A DNA stretch of 64,000 nucleotides from the human T2T-CHM13v2.0 reference genome, Homo sapiens (GCF_009914755.1 NC_060925.1); one strand, 5' to 3'. Positions 14,161 to 34,070 are shown, numbered from the stretch's first letter. The notes: a model not told the origin generated them from the letters alone. Made by a program: numbers and translations.

Positions 14161-14354
14161 GAGATTCAGGAGCATACAACATCAATAAACAGAACCATGT
14201 TAATACAAGAGTGTTTTTTATCCACAGAAATAATGATGCCTGGCATGTTTATAGAACTATGCAATTTATAAAAAGGATTCATGCATTCATCATCCCAACT
14301 GATTCTCTTAAAGTAGTCTGGATGTATATATTTTATCCATACTGCACAGGTTCT

Positions 14355-14955
14355 TTCATTCATTCAATTCAAATATGTATTGAGCACTTCAATTCAACTA
14401 GCTTTGGAGAGAGAGCAGTAATCAAAAAGTATCTCACCCTTGCCTTCATAGAGCTTACTGTAGCAGACAGGACATTCTTTAATAAATAATCACATGAGTA
14501 TGCAATTACAAATGGTACTAAGAACTATGAATGAAAAGTACTGGGAATGCTGAGAGCATATAATAGGGAATGACCTAGTCACACACTCTCAGACTCACTG
14601 ATAGAACTATCCTGGAAGGTAAGATGTTCCTGAGAAAGCTCATTTGAGCTGAAGTCTAAGGACAATTGAGAATTAATTTAAATGCAACAGTATCAATAAA
14701 AGCTTCCTACCATCCTATTTAAAATTGCAAGCATTTTGCATACTCCTTACCCATTTATGTTTTTCTGTATCAATTATCATCTTCTAATGTACTATATAAT
14801 CTACTTATTTATTATGTTTATTTATGGTCTGATTCCCCCTCAATTAGAATGTAGATGCTATGAGAATTTTTAAATCAGTTGCATTCACTCAAGTGTTCTG
14901 CATATACAGCCCCTCGGTAATACTTGTTGAATGAATGAATGAATGAATGAATGAA
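14355..14955. mobile_element. L2 3' fragments, back to back (- then +)
   Basis: ttcattcattcaa..tattgagcac start and ttgttgaatgaatgaatgaa tail. Confidence 0.7.
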
Positions 14956-15071
14956 CAAAGAAACCAGTAGAAGGTGTTTGGGGGTGTAGGGGCTAGCAGT
15001 CAGATGGGATTTCTCAGTAGACAGGTGCCTTTTTTAAATGTCCTGAGGCAGAAGAGCACATAAAGCTCTTA

Positions 15072-15550
<479 letters not shown>

Positions 15551-16299
15551 GAGGAACTCAAGAAGACCAGTGTGTCTGGAGTGTAGAGAACAGAACAAGT
15601 GGGAAAGTGGCAGGAGATGAGATGGACAGGAAAGCTTGGGCCCTTTGCTGAAGAAATGGAAAGTCAGGGTGGACAATCCAAAAAAAGGAGGCATGATTTG
15701 GACTCCAAGTTAGATATAGCCAACTCTGTCATCTCTCACACTTCTCCAAGAGGTGTGCATTCTCCATAACAGGGAAATATAGAATACTCCAATTGGAGAA
15801 ATATTTAATACATTTTTTAAAGATGGTCACTTAACATGCTTGAGGCAGAAGAGCCTGATGGGTATGGTTGATTTATGAGTATCTGGATATTGATGCAGGG
15901 GGTGTCAAAGTGCATTAATTTTGTAGAGTTTCCTAATTCTAGTTTGTTAAAACATAATATTTAAAAAGTGGTATCCTAGATCATTTACTGTCTCAGCTAG
16001 GGATAATTGATATTGTGGCAGATAGCCAGCATTGTTGGCAGAAAGAGAATCTTACAGGAGGCCAGCAACATCAGACATTCCAGGACCCACTGATAGATTT
16101 CTACCTGCCAGCCCCAAAGCATCTTTGTCCTCTTACAGGAAAGAGCAAAGTGTTCCTTAGCCAGGCGGGTGGATGGTGCTCTCCTTTATGTCCCTGCTTG
16201 AGGCTCAGGAGAGAGAGGTTTGTGTCTTTTAATTAAAACAGATCTTTGTCAAACTAGTGTTTTGACTCAAAGCTTATTTAATAGACTCCCAGACTATGC

Positions 16300-16480
16300 C
16301 TAACATGTGGTAAGAGTCATGAAACCGTGTGGCACGGTATTACAGAAGGTGCTTTGGGCTTGCTTCTGTCAAACAAATTAAATGCCTGCACTTCATACAC
16401 TTTACAAGGCCAAATTAAACACTCATCAAAGAGGAGATGCCTTTTAATGTGCAGTGCCTGCAGCCTCCTTGACACTAGCT
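16300..16480. promoter_or_regulatory. Candidate enhancer
   Basis: Repeat-free; CATCAAAG (TCF/LEF) 16424-16431, TGTCA, AATTAAA x2. Confidence 0.35.
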
Positions 16481-16624
16481 AGCTTGCTCCACAAATCCCA
16501 GGCTGTCTCGGCTAAATACAGGACAATGGCATTTTCTCTCCTGAGCTGTCGTTTCCAAGATTTAGGTCTTCCCTACAAGGATACTTCTTTTTCCAGCAAT
16601 TCTGAAATTCTAGTTAGCACCTAG

Positions 16625-16966
<342 letters not shown>

Positions 16967-17379
16967 TAGTTCATTCTTGCAAATAAACATTGTTGAAAGT
17001 GTCAGTTATCCATCTTTCCTAGAAAGTATTAATATTTCATAGTAAATTAAATGAGACCAGCATGCCAGAAGCCCTTCCCAGACTGTTCACAAATTGAGGC
17101 TGTGATAATTAAAATGTGATTCCATTTTCTGACATGGACACTGCTACTAATTCTTTGGTTTCTATAAACTAGAACTAGCTAGCACACCATTTAAATTAAA
17201 ATCTAGACTAAACCTTACATAAGCATGCCAGGTTGTGCTTTTGCCAGTCATGTATTGACCTGGGAAATGCTTTGATAAAGTACTACCTTGCTCTAAGTTA
17301 TTTCTTTGTATTCCAGCTTTCTATTCATTCTGGAATTTTACATTCCAAAGGCTAAAAGAGACCTTGAAAAATCATCTAG

Positions 17380-17875
<496 letters not shown>

Positions 17876-17966
17876 CCTAATCTCCGTCTTACCCCCAGTC
17901 AAAGATAATATATAAGCCCACTTGGCTGATGAGCCCTTACATAGAGATACAATAAACAGTCCTCCA

Positions 17967-18239
17967 TTTTTTTTTTTGAAATGGAGTCTTGCTGTCTTGC
18001 CCAGGCTGGAGTGCAATGGTGGGATGTTAGCTCACTGCAAGCCCTGCCACCCAGGTTCAAGAGATTCTCCTGCCTCAGCCTCCTGAGTTGCTGGGATTAC
18101 AGGAGTGTGCCAACATGCCTGCTAATTTTTGTATTTTTAATAGAGACGGGGTTTCACCATCAAACTCCTGGCCTCGTGATCTACCCGCCTCAGCTTCCCA
18201 AAGTGCTGGGATTACAGGCATGAGCCACCACACCGGGCC
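17967..18239 (-). mobile_element. AluS with small internal deletion
   Basis: Antisense Alu. Confidence 0.9.
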
Positions 18240-18574
18240 CTCCCTTTTAAATTACTATTTAGGAATAGAGAAAGGCCTCAAGCTGCTTGCATTAATTTCA
18301 CATCTTCATTCTATTATCTGGGTTAGGTAGGGCATTGTGTTTCAAGAAAGAGTAATTCAACCTTTAAGTCAGTACCCAAAGGGTTCAAATCCAGTAGTGG
18401 GCTATAGTGTCTGGAGATTCCCAGTGAGATAAGAATCATCGCCAAGCATGTGACGCATCCACTCGGAGCAGGACTCCAGCAGGTAGCTTCTCTAACAGGA
18501 AACAAGTCCCAGACAATGAGGAGAGCAGGCCAACCAAAGTTGGGTGAGACATGGAGTGCAACTCAAGCAATTAT

Positions 18575-18840
18575 AATAATGGCTAGCTTTTATATAAGGC
18601 TTACTATGTGCCAAGCACTGTTCTAAGCACTTCCATGTATTAAATAATTTAATCCCGAAGTGGACCTTTTACATAGCCACTATTATGAACCCCTTTCACA
18701 AATGAGGAAACCAAAGAAGCACAGAAGGATTAAGTAACTTGCCCAAGGTCACACAGCTAGTAAGGAGCTGAGCTGGGATTCAGCCTCCAGCAGGGTGGCT
18801 CTAGAATACACATCTTTAATCATTAAGCCATATTGCTTCT
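18575..18840 (-). mobile_element. MIR
   Basis: cttactatgtgccaagcactg...gattaagtaacttgcccaaggtcacacagctagtaa. Confidence 0.85.
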
Positions 18841-19117
18841 CCAGCAGGCTGATGATTAGTATAGTGTTGTGCTCAACAGGGGAAGTGAAGCACAATAGAA
18901 AAGACCATCAGAAGCCTTAATATATGCACAAGGCCGGTCATTAAAAGAAAATTGCATCTTGGTGAACACCAGAACACTTCAAGCACAATGAATCCCACAC
19001 CTTATAACAGCAAGGCCAATTCTAGACCAACCTCAACCACAGGATGGAGTAGGGGATGCTCCTGCTGTCCCTGCTCTAGCAGGGATGATGGGGTCAGGAA
19101 AGGATGGGGTTGGACAT

Positions 19118-19674
<557 letters not shown>

Positions 19675-19689
19675 GGAATTTAGCTATAA

Positions 19690-20067
19690 TGAGCATCCAA
19701 TAATCTAAAAAATGTAAACTCATAGAAGCAGAAGAATGATGGTTACCAGGGGTTTTGCAGGGGTTACGGGGGAAGGAGGAGATTGGGAAGATGTTGGTGA
19801 AAGGATACAAAATTTCAGTTAGACAGGAGGAATAGGTTCGAGAAAACTTGTTCTTTGTGCATCCTGGTGACTATAGTTAATAAAAGTGTATTGTATTCTT
19901 GAAAAGCTCTAAGTAGATGTTAAGTATTCTCACCACACACAATATATTAAAGTATGTGAGGTAATGCATATGTTAATTAATTAGATTTAGTCATTTCAGA
20001 GTGTATACATATTTCAAAACAGTATGCTGTACACCATATGTATATACAAGTTTTACTTGTCAATTTT
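19690..20067 (+). mobile_element. L1MA-type 3' end
   Basis: aactcatagaagcagaagaatgatggttaccaggg...ttggtgaaaggatacaaaatttcagttagacaggaggaata. Confidence 0.85.
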
Positions 20068-20222
20068 GAAAGAAAGAAAAAAGAGAGAAAGAAAGAAAGA
20101 AAGAGAGAGAGGAAAGAAAGAAAGAAAGAAAAAGAAAGGAAGGAAGGAGAGAGAGAAGAAAGAAAAAAGGAAGGAAAGAAAGAGAGAGAAAGAAAAAGAA
20201 AGAAAGAAAGAGAAAGAAAGAA

Positions 20223-20301
<79 letters not shown>

Positions 20302-20305
20302 GAAA
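20068..20305 (+). repeat. Compound (GAAA)n purine microsatellite
   Basis: ~238 bp of only A/G, derived from the L1 tail. Confidence 0.95.
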
Positions 20306-20561
20306 TCTGTATGATGTGCAGGTTGCATTTGACTAAGCTCCTGGGGGAACAACCTCACCGTCCTCTGCTTAGGGGCAATGAGGCTGCATCAGGCTTCCTC
20401 TCTCTCTTTCTGGAAACATGTTTGATGGGGGAAGAAGAAAATGGCTTGTGATACAGTACCAAAGGAGCAGGCTGGGGATACCTGAGAGCAGCATTCTAGA
20501 ACTCAGATGTGTCCAGGGGTCTGGCAGGTAACAAAAGCCTGAAGCCGACCTAGTATGGTGA

Positions 20562-21038
<477 letters not shown>

Positions 21039-21180
21039 TAAAATCTCCCCCATCTTCCAATGTCTTCCTTTAAAAGATACGTGGCCTAAGAAGAATCTCA
21101 TTCTTTATAAGCCTCAGTTTCCTCACCAGTAAAATGAAGATTATAGATATATGAATCTCATAGGATTTTTTAGAGTATCA

Positions 21181-21506
<326 letters not shown>

Positions 21507-21639
21507 TGCTTTGTAAACTATGAAGTGCTATATACTGTGAACAGAGACACCCATGAAAAGCAAGTTCTCTCCAGTGGTAGTATGATATATTTAATAACGA
21601 GGCGTCACACCCCTGTAGAGTCTGCACAAGAGCCAGAGG

Positions 21640-22210
21640 GACCTTTTAAAAATATAAATCAGATTTTACCCTCTCTGGCTTAAAACTCTCCAACCAATTC
21701 CCATCTAAAAATAAAATCAGATGTTTCTCTGGCTTCCAAAGCTGTGCATGATCTGGGAACTGTTAACCTGTCTGACCTGATGCTGCACTCTGCCTTCATG
21801 TAGCACACTCCAGCCACAATGCCCTTGTTTCTGCTCCTTACCTACAACAGGCTCATTCTCCTCTTAGGGCCTTGGCACTAGACAACTGGTTAGCTGGAAC
21901 CCTGACCTTCTGCATGGTGGTTTCATTCTTATCATTCAGCTCTCAGGTTAACATCACCATCTGAGAGATGCTCCAGTCCAGAAAAGCCACTGGTCACTCT
22001 CAGCAATAGCACCCTGTTTATTTCTTGACAAGCCTGTCTCACTGATATGTTTTTCAATTTTTATTGGTTTGCTTATTTCAAAAATGTATCCTCCCACTAG
22101 TTATAAGCTTCAAGAAAAAGAGACTTATTTAATCTTATTTACCACTGTATCTGCCAGCCTCTGAAACCAAGACTGCTACATGGGAGGAATTAGTAAATAT
22201 TCATTGAAAG
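21640..22210 (+). mobile_element. L2 3' region
   Basis: ggcttaaaactctcca...cactccagccaca...tcagctctcagg...tagtaaatattcattgaa. Confidence 0.75.
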
Positions 22211-22417
22211 AATAACCTTAAAATTGATATTATAGTAGAAAGTTTAGCAGAGAAGTAGAAAAGTATTGGACTGGAACCAGTGCAGTTTCCTGGGCTCTGC
22301 TCCAGGTTCAATGAATCTGAATCTCTAGAAATATGGCACAGGTATCTGGATTGGCCCAGGTATCAGATGGGTGATTCTGATGTAGGTGACTTCAGAACAC
22401 ACTTTCAAAAAACAACA

Positions 22418-22744
<327 letters not shown>

Positions 22745-23556
22745 TTAGAAGCCAAAGACTGATTTGCACATTCTGTTTATTTCACAGGGTTTTCATGGGG
22801 ACTTAAGATAATGGCTGATAAATTTCTTTGCGTATGCCCAGCCTTACATAAATACAAAGCCAAAGAGCTATTTTTCCATAGCCTGTCAGGGGCCTGCAAT
22901 ATGTGCATTCAGGGGAGAGAAACTTTCTGTGCTCTGAGGCAGCTCCGTTCACTATGGAGGCCTTCCTTTCACGGAGGCGAGCAAATCCGCTCCCTCTTCC
23001 ACATGACATGTCTTCAAGGATTGAAGACAACCAGACTGGCTGCCTTTAGCATTTCTGGCTCTTTAGCCATTCTTAAGCCATGGTAACCTGGATATATTTC
23101 AGTTTGTTCAGCCAGTTTTAGAGTATAGATTTTTATAATTTAATAAAACATTCCATTATGGTCTGTTTAACATAGTTACCATGGTATCATTACATGGTAA
23201 CTATGTATAATGAATATTATAAAAAATAACTATGACTGTAGTCTCAGGGTCAAACATTCAGGAATTTGAGTTTTTTCTCAGCTCAATAAAAATGAAGCAT
23301 ACTCTTGAGGAAAGAACCATTTGTAGAATTTCACAAAAGACTGGTGTAGAAACTAAAAAGTCCAGTGTATCAATCTACAGTGAAGAAAACCATAATAATA
23401 ACTAACATGTATTTAAACCCTGACTAATGGCCAAGCACCATCACACATCATCTTATTTAATACTCACTACTCCATAAGTAGGGATCATGATTCTCCCCAT
23501 AGTATAGGTGAGAACTGTCGAAGCATTGGTAACTTCCTCAAAAATCACATAATTAG

Positions 23557-24029
<473 letters not shown>

Positions 24030-24349
24030 TGGCTCCTCATTTTCTATGTTTCTTGCTAACCATCCATTTACCTTTGGACTGACACCTTCTATTTTTAGAC
24101 ATAATATCACTGATTATTCCACAATCAAATTCCATTTGCATTTCCAGTTTCACCCTTGAAGTTACTTTTGTATAGACCTAATCCCATCCATTATGTATGT
24201 TGATTTTGTAATTTTAGTCTTGGAGTTTTTTGGGGAGGGTTCCTTGCTGATGTCTGTAACTTCCTTCAATGATCAATTAAAACACTTAAATATTTTTCCA
24301 GCTTACTTACATAAAGCTAGGCTTCTATAATTGTGCCATTGATTTTTTT

Positions 24350-24580
24350 TTTCAATCTAAACACAAAACTTTGCATATATCCCTGTGGGATACTATCTTG
24401 TGGTTTTTGGACAAATATTCTAGCTCGTCAAGATTATTTTAAATCTTGATTCTATCATCTGCGGTATTAGCTATTCCTTCCGGCTCTCTGTCATCTGTAG
24501 GTTTTGTTAAATGAAACATCTATTCCTCATGCAAATAATTGATAGAAATATTGAACTGCACAAAGCCAAGTATAGAGAAA
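24350..24580 (-). mobile_element. CR1/L3 LINE fragment
   Basis: tgtcatctgtagg..aattgatagaaatattgaactgcacaaagccaag resembles the CR1 RT (xADD) region in antisense. Confidence 0.5.
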
Positions 24581-24622
24581 CTCACAGGAGGAATTAAAAA
24601 AAAAAGAAGAAGAAGAAGTATG

Positions 24623-25001
<379 letters not shown>

Positions 25002-25467
25002 GTATGGTACTGAACTAAGCATGAGAATGTGAATCTAGTCACTAGAAGTGATCCCAGATGCACTATGGAAAAGAGTGATTTCCTACCCTTCTCAGATACT
25101 CTTCGTGATGCTACATGCAGACAAATGCACCAGTGTCATTATCAACCCTTTAATGTACTTCCTTATCTCCTATAATACATTACCTCAATAGTCAACAAAT
25201 ATTGATTACTTACCATGTAAAAATCATTGTGCATATGTGCTGGGGTTACAGAATTGAGGAAAAAAATTAAACTAATCACCATAGTGTGATAAATGCTATT
25301 TGAAAATAAGTGATATGGGAGACCATGAGGGAGACACATAAATATGCTTGACAAGAGATCAAGAAAGCCTTCTTAAAGGAGGTGGTGCATGGGTTAAATT
25401 TGAACATGAAGTGTAGACTGACCAAACAAGGAGTTGGAAGTGGAAAGGTTGTCAGGCACCAAGGTCA

Positions 25468-25825
<358 letters not shown>

Positions 25826-26477
25826 TTTAATTAAAGTTTTAATTAAGGACTCTGTCCATGAAGTGTTCTCTATCTACTTACACTTTTGTCAATTCCTCCT
25901 GCCTTGAAAATCCTACAGTAGTTTTTTTCCATCCCACTCAGGTCCTGTATTTTTACCTCATTAATGTGAATATGGATCTTACATCCCTGAATTTCATGGA
26001 ATGGCATCCAGACTGGGAATATGTCTCATATTCTCACTATATCCATTTGTATCATCTTGCACAGTTCCAGGCACCAGGACAGTGAACAAATTCTTGATGA
26101 ATTGAATAGCAGCAATGGCAATGAATGGCAAACAGTAGTAGTAGGGGATCAGACAGGAGGGTGACAGCCAGGAAAAATGGCACACATGCCTGAGGGAGCC
26201 TGAGACTGACAGGTAAACTCTGTAAGGGCAGGGATCATATTTGTGCTGTTCCTTCTTTGTTCCAAGTGACCAGAAGAGTTGTATCATTTTTTATGTTCAG
26301 TCTTACTTTCCAAGGACAGATTATCCCTCAGGAGTTCTTTGTTTAGGTTCCTGCATCTAGGGCTGATGTTGATTTTATGCACAATTTCTTTATCCATGTC
26401 AATGTCAAGATATAGTGAGTTTTGGAGAGTATGCAGCGCTGGGTTCAAAAACTAGTCTGACTCCATGCCTTCTTCTG

Positions 26478-26760
26478 TTTTTGAGACAGGGTCTCACTCT
26501 TTCACCCAGGCTGGAGAGCAGTGGCGCGATCACGGCTCACTGCAGCCTCAATCTCCCGAGGCTCAAGGGATCCTCCCACCTCAGCCTCCTAAGTAGCTGG
26601 GACCACAGGCGTGCACCACCACACCTGGCTAATTTTTGAATTTTTAGTAGAGACAGGGTTTTACCATGTTGCCCAGGCTGGTCTCAAACCCCTGAGCTCA
26701 AGTGATCCATCCGCCTCGGCCTCCCAAAGTGTTGGGATTACAGGCGTGAGCCACCGCACC
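26478..26760 (-). mobile_element. AluJ
   Basis: Antisense Alu. Confidence 0.9.
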
Positions 26761-26829
26761 TTCCCCTGACCCTTTAACTTTATTTAACCAGTCAGAATAT
26801 GTAGAAAAGGGACGGAGAATAGATTGCAA

Positions 26830-27060
26830 CTTCCATGATGAGTCAGTCAGATTGATTGAGAATGGCGTACTGGGCCTTTGGAAAGCATGTCACAATGTAA
26901 TTGGTGATGTCTGTTGGCCATAAAAGAAGTGTTGAGTGGAACTCACAAGGGCCGTGCATATGTTGCCTCTTATAACTATTGCCATTAATGTGGGCAAAAA
27001 TGTTTTTCTGAAAGTTGGCACAATCTAAATGTGCCACCTTATAAACTGTACGCAGGTGGC
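26830..27060. promoter_or_regulatory. Candidate enhancer
   Basis: TGAGTCA 26839-26845, GATTGATTG, GTAATTGG, GGCCATAAAA (CDX/posterior HOX) 26916-26925, E-boxes. Confidence 0.4.
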
Positions 27061-27422
27061 TCCAGCCTTTAACCTTTGTATTATGAAATAAAATATGTAT
27101 ACCTAAAACATATTACTAAACAAAAATATATAAGGTATGCAAACAAAAATATGCAGCTCAACAATTTGTTCAAAGTGAACGTGTGTGATACCACCACCCA
27201 GGTCAAGAAACAGAACATGATCAGCATCTTAGAAACTCCTCCCTTTAGTTCCCTCCAAACATTACCTACCATGATTTTGACTTTCATGAATACTATGTTC
27301 TTGCTTTCCTTTATAATTTTATCACCTACAGACGTACCCATAAGCAGCACAGTTTGGTTTTGCATTGGTTTTTTCTTTCTTTTTTTTTTCTTTTTTTTTT
27401 TTTGGTACTTTATATGAATTGA

Positions 27423-27836
<414 letters not shown>

Positions 27837-28234
27837 CTTATTCATTTTTCACTGTTGTGAATTATTACAAAGTGGGAACATATGACCACTTAATTTATCT
27901 AGTCCACAGATGATGGACACTTGGATGGTTCCCAATCTCTAACTAGTTTGAATAATGTTGCTATGAACTTTCGCATTTTTGGAGCACATATTTCTGTTGG
28001 ATCTATACCTAGAGACTAATTTCCAGGTCACAAGGTATTCTTATGTTCAACATTAGCAGATAGGGCCAAACTGTTTTCCAAAGTAGTTGCATCAATTTCA
28101 CATCTACCAGCAATGTACGAGAATGTCAATTACTCCACATGCACACCAACGGTTGGTGTTTCTCAGTCTATTGATTTTAACCCTTCTGGCATGTGTGCGA
28201 TATTTTATGTAGTTTTTAATTTATTATTCCCTGA

Positions 28235-28607
<373 letters not shown>

Positions 28608-29519
28608 TGAATATCTTCTTTTGCGAAGTCCCTGTTCAAGTCTCTTGCCTGTCTACCAGATTTGTCATTTTGTATTTTTTTTAATGATAAGAGTTATTTT
28701 TATCTATTCTGGACATAGGCTTTATCAGTTAAGTATTTTACAAATACCTTCTCCTGTTTGATGGCTTCCTTTACACTCTCCGAATGGTGTCTTCAGAGGA
28801 AAAGAAGCTCTTAATTTTATGTAATCCACTGCATCAATATTTCTCTTGAGATTTTGTGCTTCATTTCATTCACTTTAAGAAAAATTTCCCTATCCCAAGG
28901 TTGTGAATATATTATGCTATACTATCTTCTAGAAGCTTCATTGTTTTATCCTTCACTTTTAGGTCTACAGTGACCTGGAATGAGTGAATGAATTTGTTTA
29001 TGTTTAGTCTGGTGTGAGGCAGTAAGTCATTTAATTTTTTTAATCAGGATAGCCAACTGACCCAGTTTTGGAAAAGTCTCTTTAGAAACAACATCTCGCT
29101 TTGAATCAAGTGCTATATGTGCATGGGTCTCTTACTGGAATTCCTATTTTAACTTTGTATTCAGGTGGCAATACTACACTGATTTCTGCAGTCTTCATAT
29201 GCAATGGAGCAAACCCTCCCAGTATTCTTCATCAAGTACCTTGTCTATTCTTGGCCATTTGCACTAACATGTACATTTAGAATAATCTTTCCAAGTTCCA
29301 TTTTAAAATTCCAGTTGGGGTTTTCATTGGGAATACATTAAACTTATAGATCATTTTGGAGAGAAAGAACATATTTATAATATTGTATTGTCCAACTTTA
29401 ACACGGTATATGCCTTTTTAATTTAGGTATTTTAACATAATATTGTTATGTTCTTGCACATGTTTTCTGAGGTTTATTACTGGGTATTTCAAAATTTTGA
29501 TGTTATTTTAAAAGATTAC

Positions 29520-29865
<346 letters not shown>

Positions 29866-30058
29866 TAAATTTCTATTTTATTACTGTTCAAGGCTGGAAT
29901 ATAGAAATACAATGTTTTCACATATTGCTCTTGTATCCAGTGATCTGCTAAACTCAATTAAGAATTCTAATAATTAATAGGTATTCTGGATTTTCTATAT
30001 TCCCCATCATATCATATATAAATAATGAGAGTTCATTTTTTCCTTTCCAATCTTTATG

Positions 30059-30935
<877 letters not shown>

Positions 30936-31582
30936 TACATTTATTTCTCTTGTTGCCTTGCTGCAATCACTAACTAGGATCAGTACAATATTGAGTAGAA
31001 ATGTTGATAATAGACATCCTTATGATGTTCCCACTTCTAAAGCTTTTAACATTTTACCACCAAGTGTGATGTTTGCTGTTGGATTTTTGTAGCTACTTTT
31101 TTCAGAATAAGTAAATTCCTTTGTATTGCAAGTTTGCTAAGATGTTTTTAATCAAAAATAGGTGTTGAATCTCATTAGATGCTTTTTCTGCATATATTTA
31201 GGTGATCATATAATTTGTCTCTTTTATTTAATTTATGCAGTATGTTGGTTGAGTTTTGAATGTCCAACCAACCTTGAATTCCTGGATTAAACCCAAATTG
31301 GTCATGATTTATTATCCTTTTTCATATATTGCTAAATTTTTTGCTAATTTCTTAAAGTTTTTATGTCTATCTTCATAAGAGAGATTGGTTTATGATTTTC
31401 TTAAACTGTACTTATGAAGTTTTGGTATTAAGGTTATTCTGGCTTCATAGGGTATTACTGTCCCTTTTTCTACTCTGAAAAAAATTTTCAGAAGATTGGC
31501 ATTATCTCATCTTTAAATGATAGAATTTGCTGGAAAAGCCATTTAGTTCCAGATTTTCTTCATTAAAAGGTTTTAAATCATG

Positions 31583-31888
31583 GGCTGGTAGTGGTGACTC
31601 ACACCTGTAATCCCAGCACTTTAGGAGGCCAAGGCAGACAGATAGTTTGAGCCCAGGAGTTCAAGATCAGCTTGGGCAACATGGCGAAACTATCTCTACA
31701 AAAAAATACAAATATTAGCTGGGCATGGTGGCATGTACCTGGAGTCCCAGCTACTTGGGAGACTGAGGTGGGAGGATCACCTGAGCCCAAGAGGTCAAGG
31801 CTGTAGTGAGACATGGTCGCAACACTTCACTCCAGCCAGGGCAACAGAGTGACACTCTGCCTCAGAAAAACTAAGTAAATAAATAAAA
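31583..31888 (+). mobile_element. AluJ
   Basis: Sense Alu with degenerate TSD. Confidence 0.9.
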
Positions 31889-33707
31889 GTTTTTAAATTA
31901 TAGATTCAATTTATCTAATAATTATCAAATCATTTATATTTTTTCTTTCTACTATATCCATTTTGGAAAGCTTCATTTTTCAGCAAATTTGTCTATTTTA
32001 TGTAAATTTTCAAATATATTTGCATAGTTATTTATACTATCCTTTCATTAAATTTTTTAATGTGTGTAATATTTGTAATCATGACCATTTTTTGTGACAT
32101 TAGATGTGTTTTCTGTTTTCTTTGCTTTCCCTTTTTCATGTTTTTTCCATGAGAGATTTATCAATTCTATTAGCCTTTTCAAATAAACTTTTGGATTTAT
32201 TGATCCTCTCTATTCTGTTTTCTATTTCATTTGTTTCTGCTTTTATCTTTATTATTTCCTATCTTCTATTTTATTTGTTTAATTTGCAGCTCTGTCTCTA
32301 AATGTTCGAAATGGATGGTTAACACATTGATTGACAGCCTTTCTCTTTTTCTAATATACATCTTTGAAGCTATAGATCTTTCTCTAAGAATGACTTTAGC
32401 TGTATTACACTAGTTTTGATACATATTTTCAATTTTTTAGTTTAAATTATTTTTTAATTCTCATTGTCATTTCTTCTTTGAACTATGGGACTATAGAACA
32501 ATATTTATTAATTTTCAGATAGTTGAGGATTTCCCATTCTGTTTTTGCTACTGATTTTTAGCTTAATTGCTTGAAATAAAAATTTTTGAAAAGTTTTAGA
32601 AACTTTCTTTATGGTCTATTAAGTTTTCCATGTGCTTGGAAAAAAATGTGTATTTTGGGATTTTTGTGTGCTTTATTTTACACATGTCCATTAATTTAAA
32701 TGTGATTATAATGCATTTTAATCTGCTATATTCTTACTAATTTTTGGTCTGTGGATTCTCTTAGGTACTGTAAGTGATTATTAAAATTTCCCATTATACT
32801 ATTTATTAGTCTATCTCACCTTTCAGTTTTGTCAATTCTTGCCTTATATATTTTTGTACTGTTATTAGGTACATTACAATTTCCTATGAATTAAATCTTT
32901 TTTCAGTGCAAAGTCTCTCTTCATCTCTAGTAATGCTTTACAATATGTATAACTATAGCAGTTGTGTTTTGGCTACTATTATGTATTTTTTTTTTATTTT
33001 TCTTCAACTTTTCTGTATTTTTATGCCTTAGGTTTGTCTCTTGTAAACATGGTAGATATGGTAATTTTAAAGTTTGTGTCTCATAACTCCTATATCTGGA
33101 GTCCCAATAGATCTTTTTCCATTCCCTGTTGATTTTGCCAGTTCTCGTTCCTATCGTCTTATGTCCTTATATGCCTAGTTGTTTTCTTATTATGCAATAG
33201 TTTTTGTATTTCAGAATTTGTTCATAGAATTAATTTGAGGTCTAGGATGATGTTATCTTCCCCAGAGAGGATTCCCATTTGTCTCTGCCCTCAAGCCATA
33301 ATCACTTCAATCCAATTTAAAGGTGATTCAAGACTGATCTTAGTTCCTGTGGGGCCTCTCTATTTCTGGTTCACCCACACTCCCAGGGTTCAGACCTTCC
33401 CAGCGTTGTAACTCAGGCCTCCCAACCTGAGCAGGCACTGATGTTTAATTTCTGTTCCCCAACCTTAATCCTTAGCCACTCTCTCTAGAATGGGCAAATA
33501 ACCCTAGTGGAAATTAGGCCCAAATGCTCTAGATACTGGCCACATAATTCTTCCCTACCTTGCTAGTTCTCCAATGCCTTAAGGCGGATGTTTTTATATT
33601 CTTATCAGCTTTTCTCATTGTCCTCAGGGGGATGATCAGTCCAAATTACCTTGTCACCATTACTAGATAGATGTACACTCTGCTCTGTTGATTTTGTTTT
33701 TAATATA

Positions 33708-34070
33708 CAGTCATGCATTGCTTAACAATGGGGATACAATCTGAGAAATGCATCACTAGGCAATTTTGTCATTGTGTGAACATCATAGAGTGTACTTGCA
33801 CAAACATAGATGGTAGAGCCTACCACACACCTAGGCTATATGGTATAGCCTATTGCTCCTAGGTTATAAACCTGGACAGCATGTTACTGTACTGAATAGA
33901 AAATTGTAACACAGTGGTAATTATTTGTGTTTCCAAACATAGAAAAGGTAATGCATTGTGCGAGGATGTTAGGACAGCTATGGCATCACTAGGCAATAGG
34001 AATTTTTCAGCTCTGTTATCATCTTATGGGACCACTATCATATATGCAGTCATTAGGCAATGCATGACTG
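33708..34070 (-). mobile_element. Tigger3a-type MITE
   Basis: TIRs cagtcatgca...tgcatgactg flanked by TA target duplication. Confidence 0.85.

Noticed and set aside
20024-20451. Lys/Glu/Arg-rich and Phe/Leu/Ser-rich ORFs
   Set aside because: Translation of the (GAAA)n microsatellite
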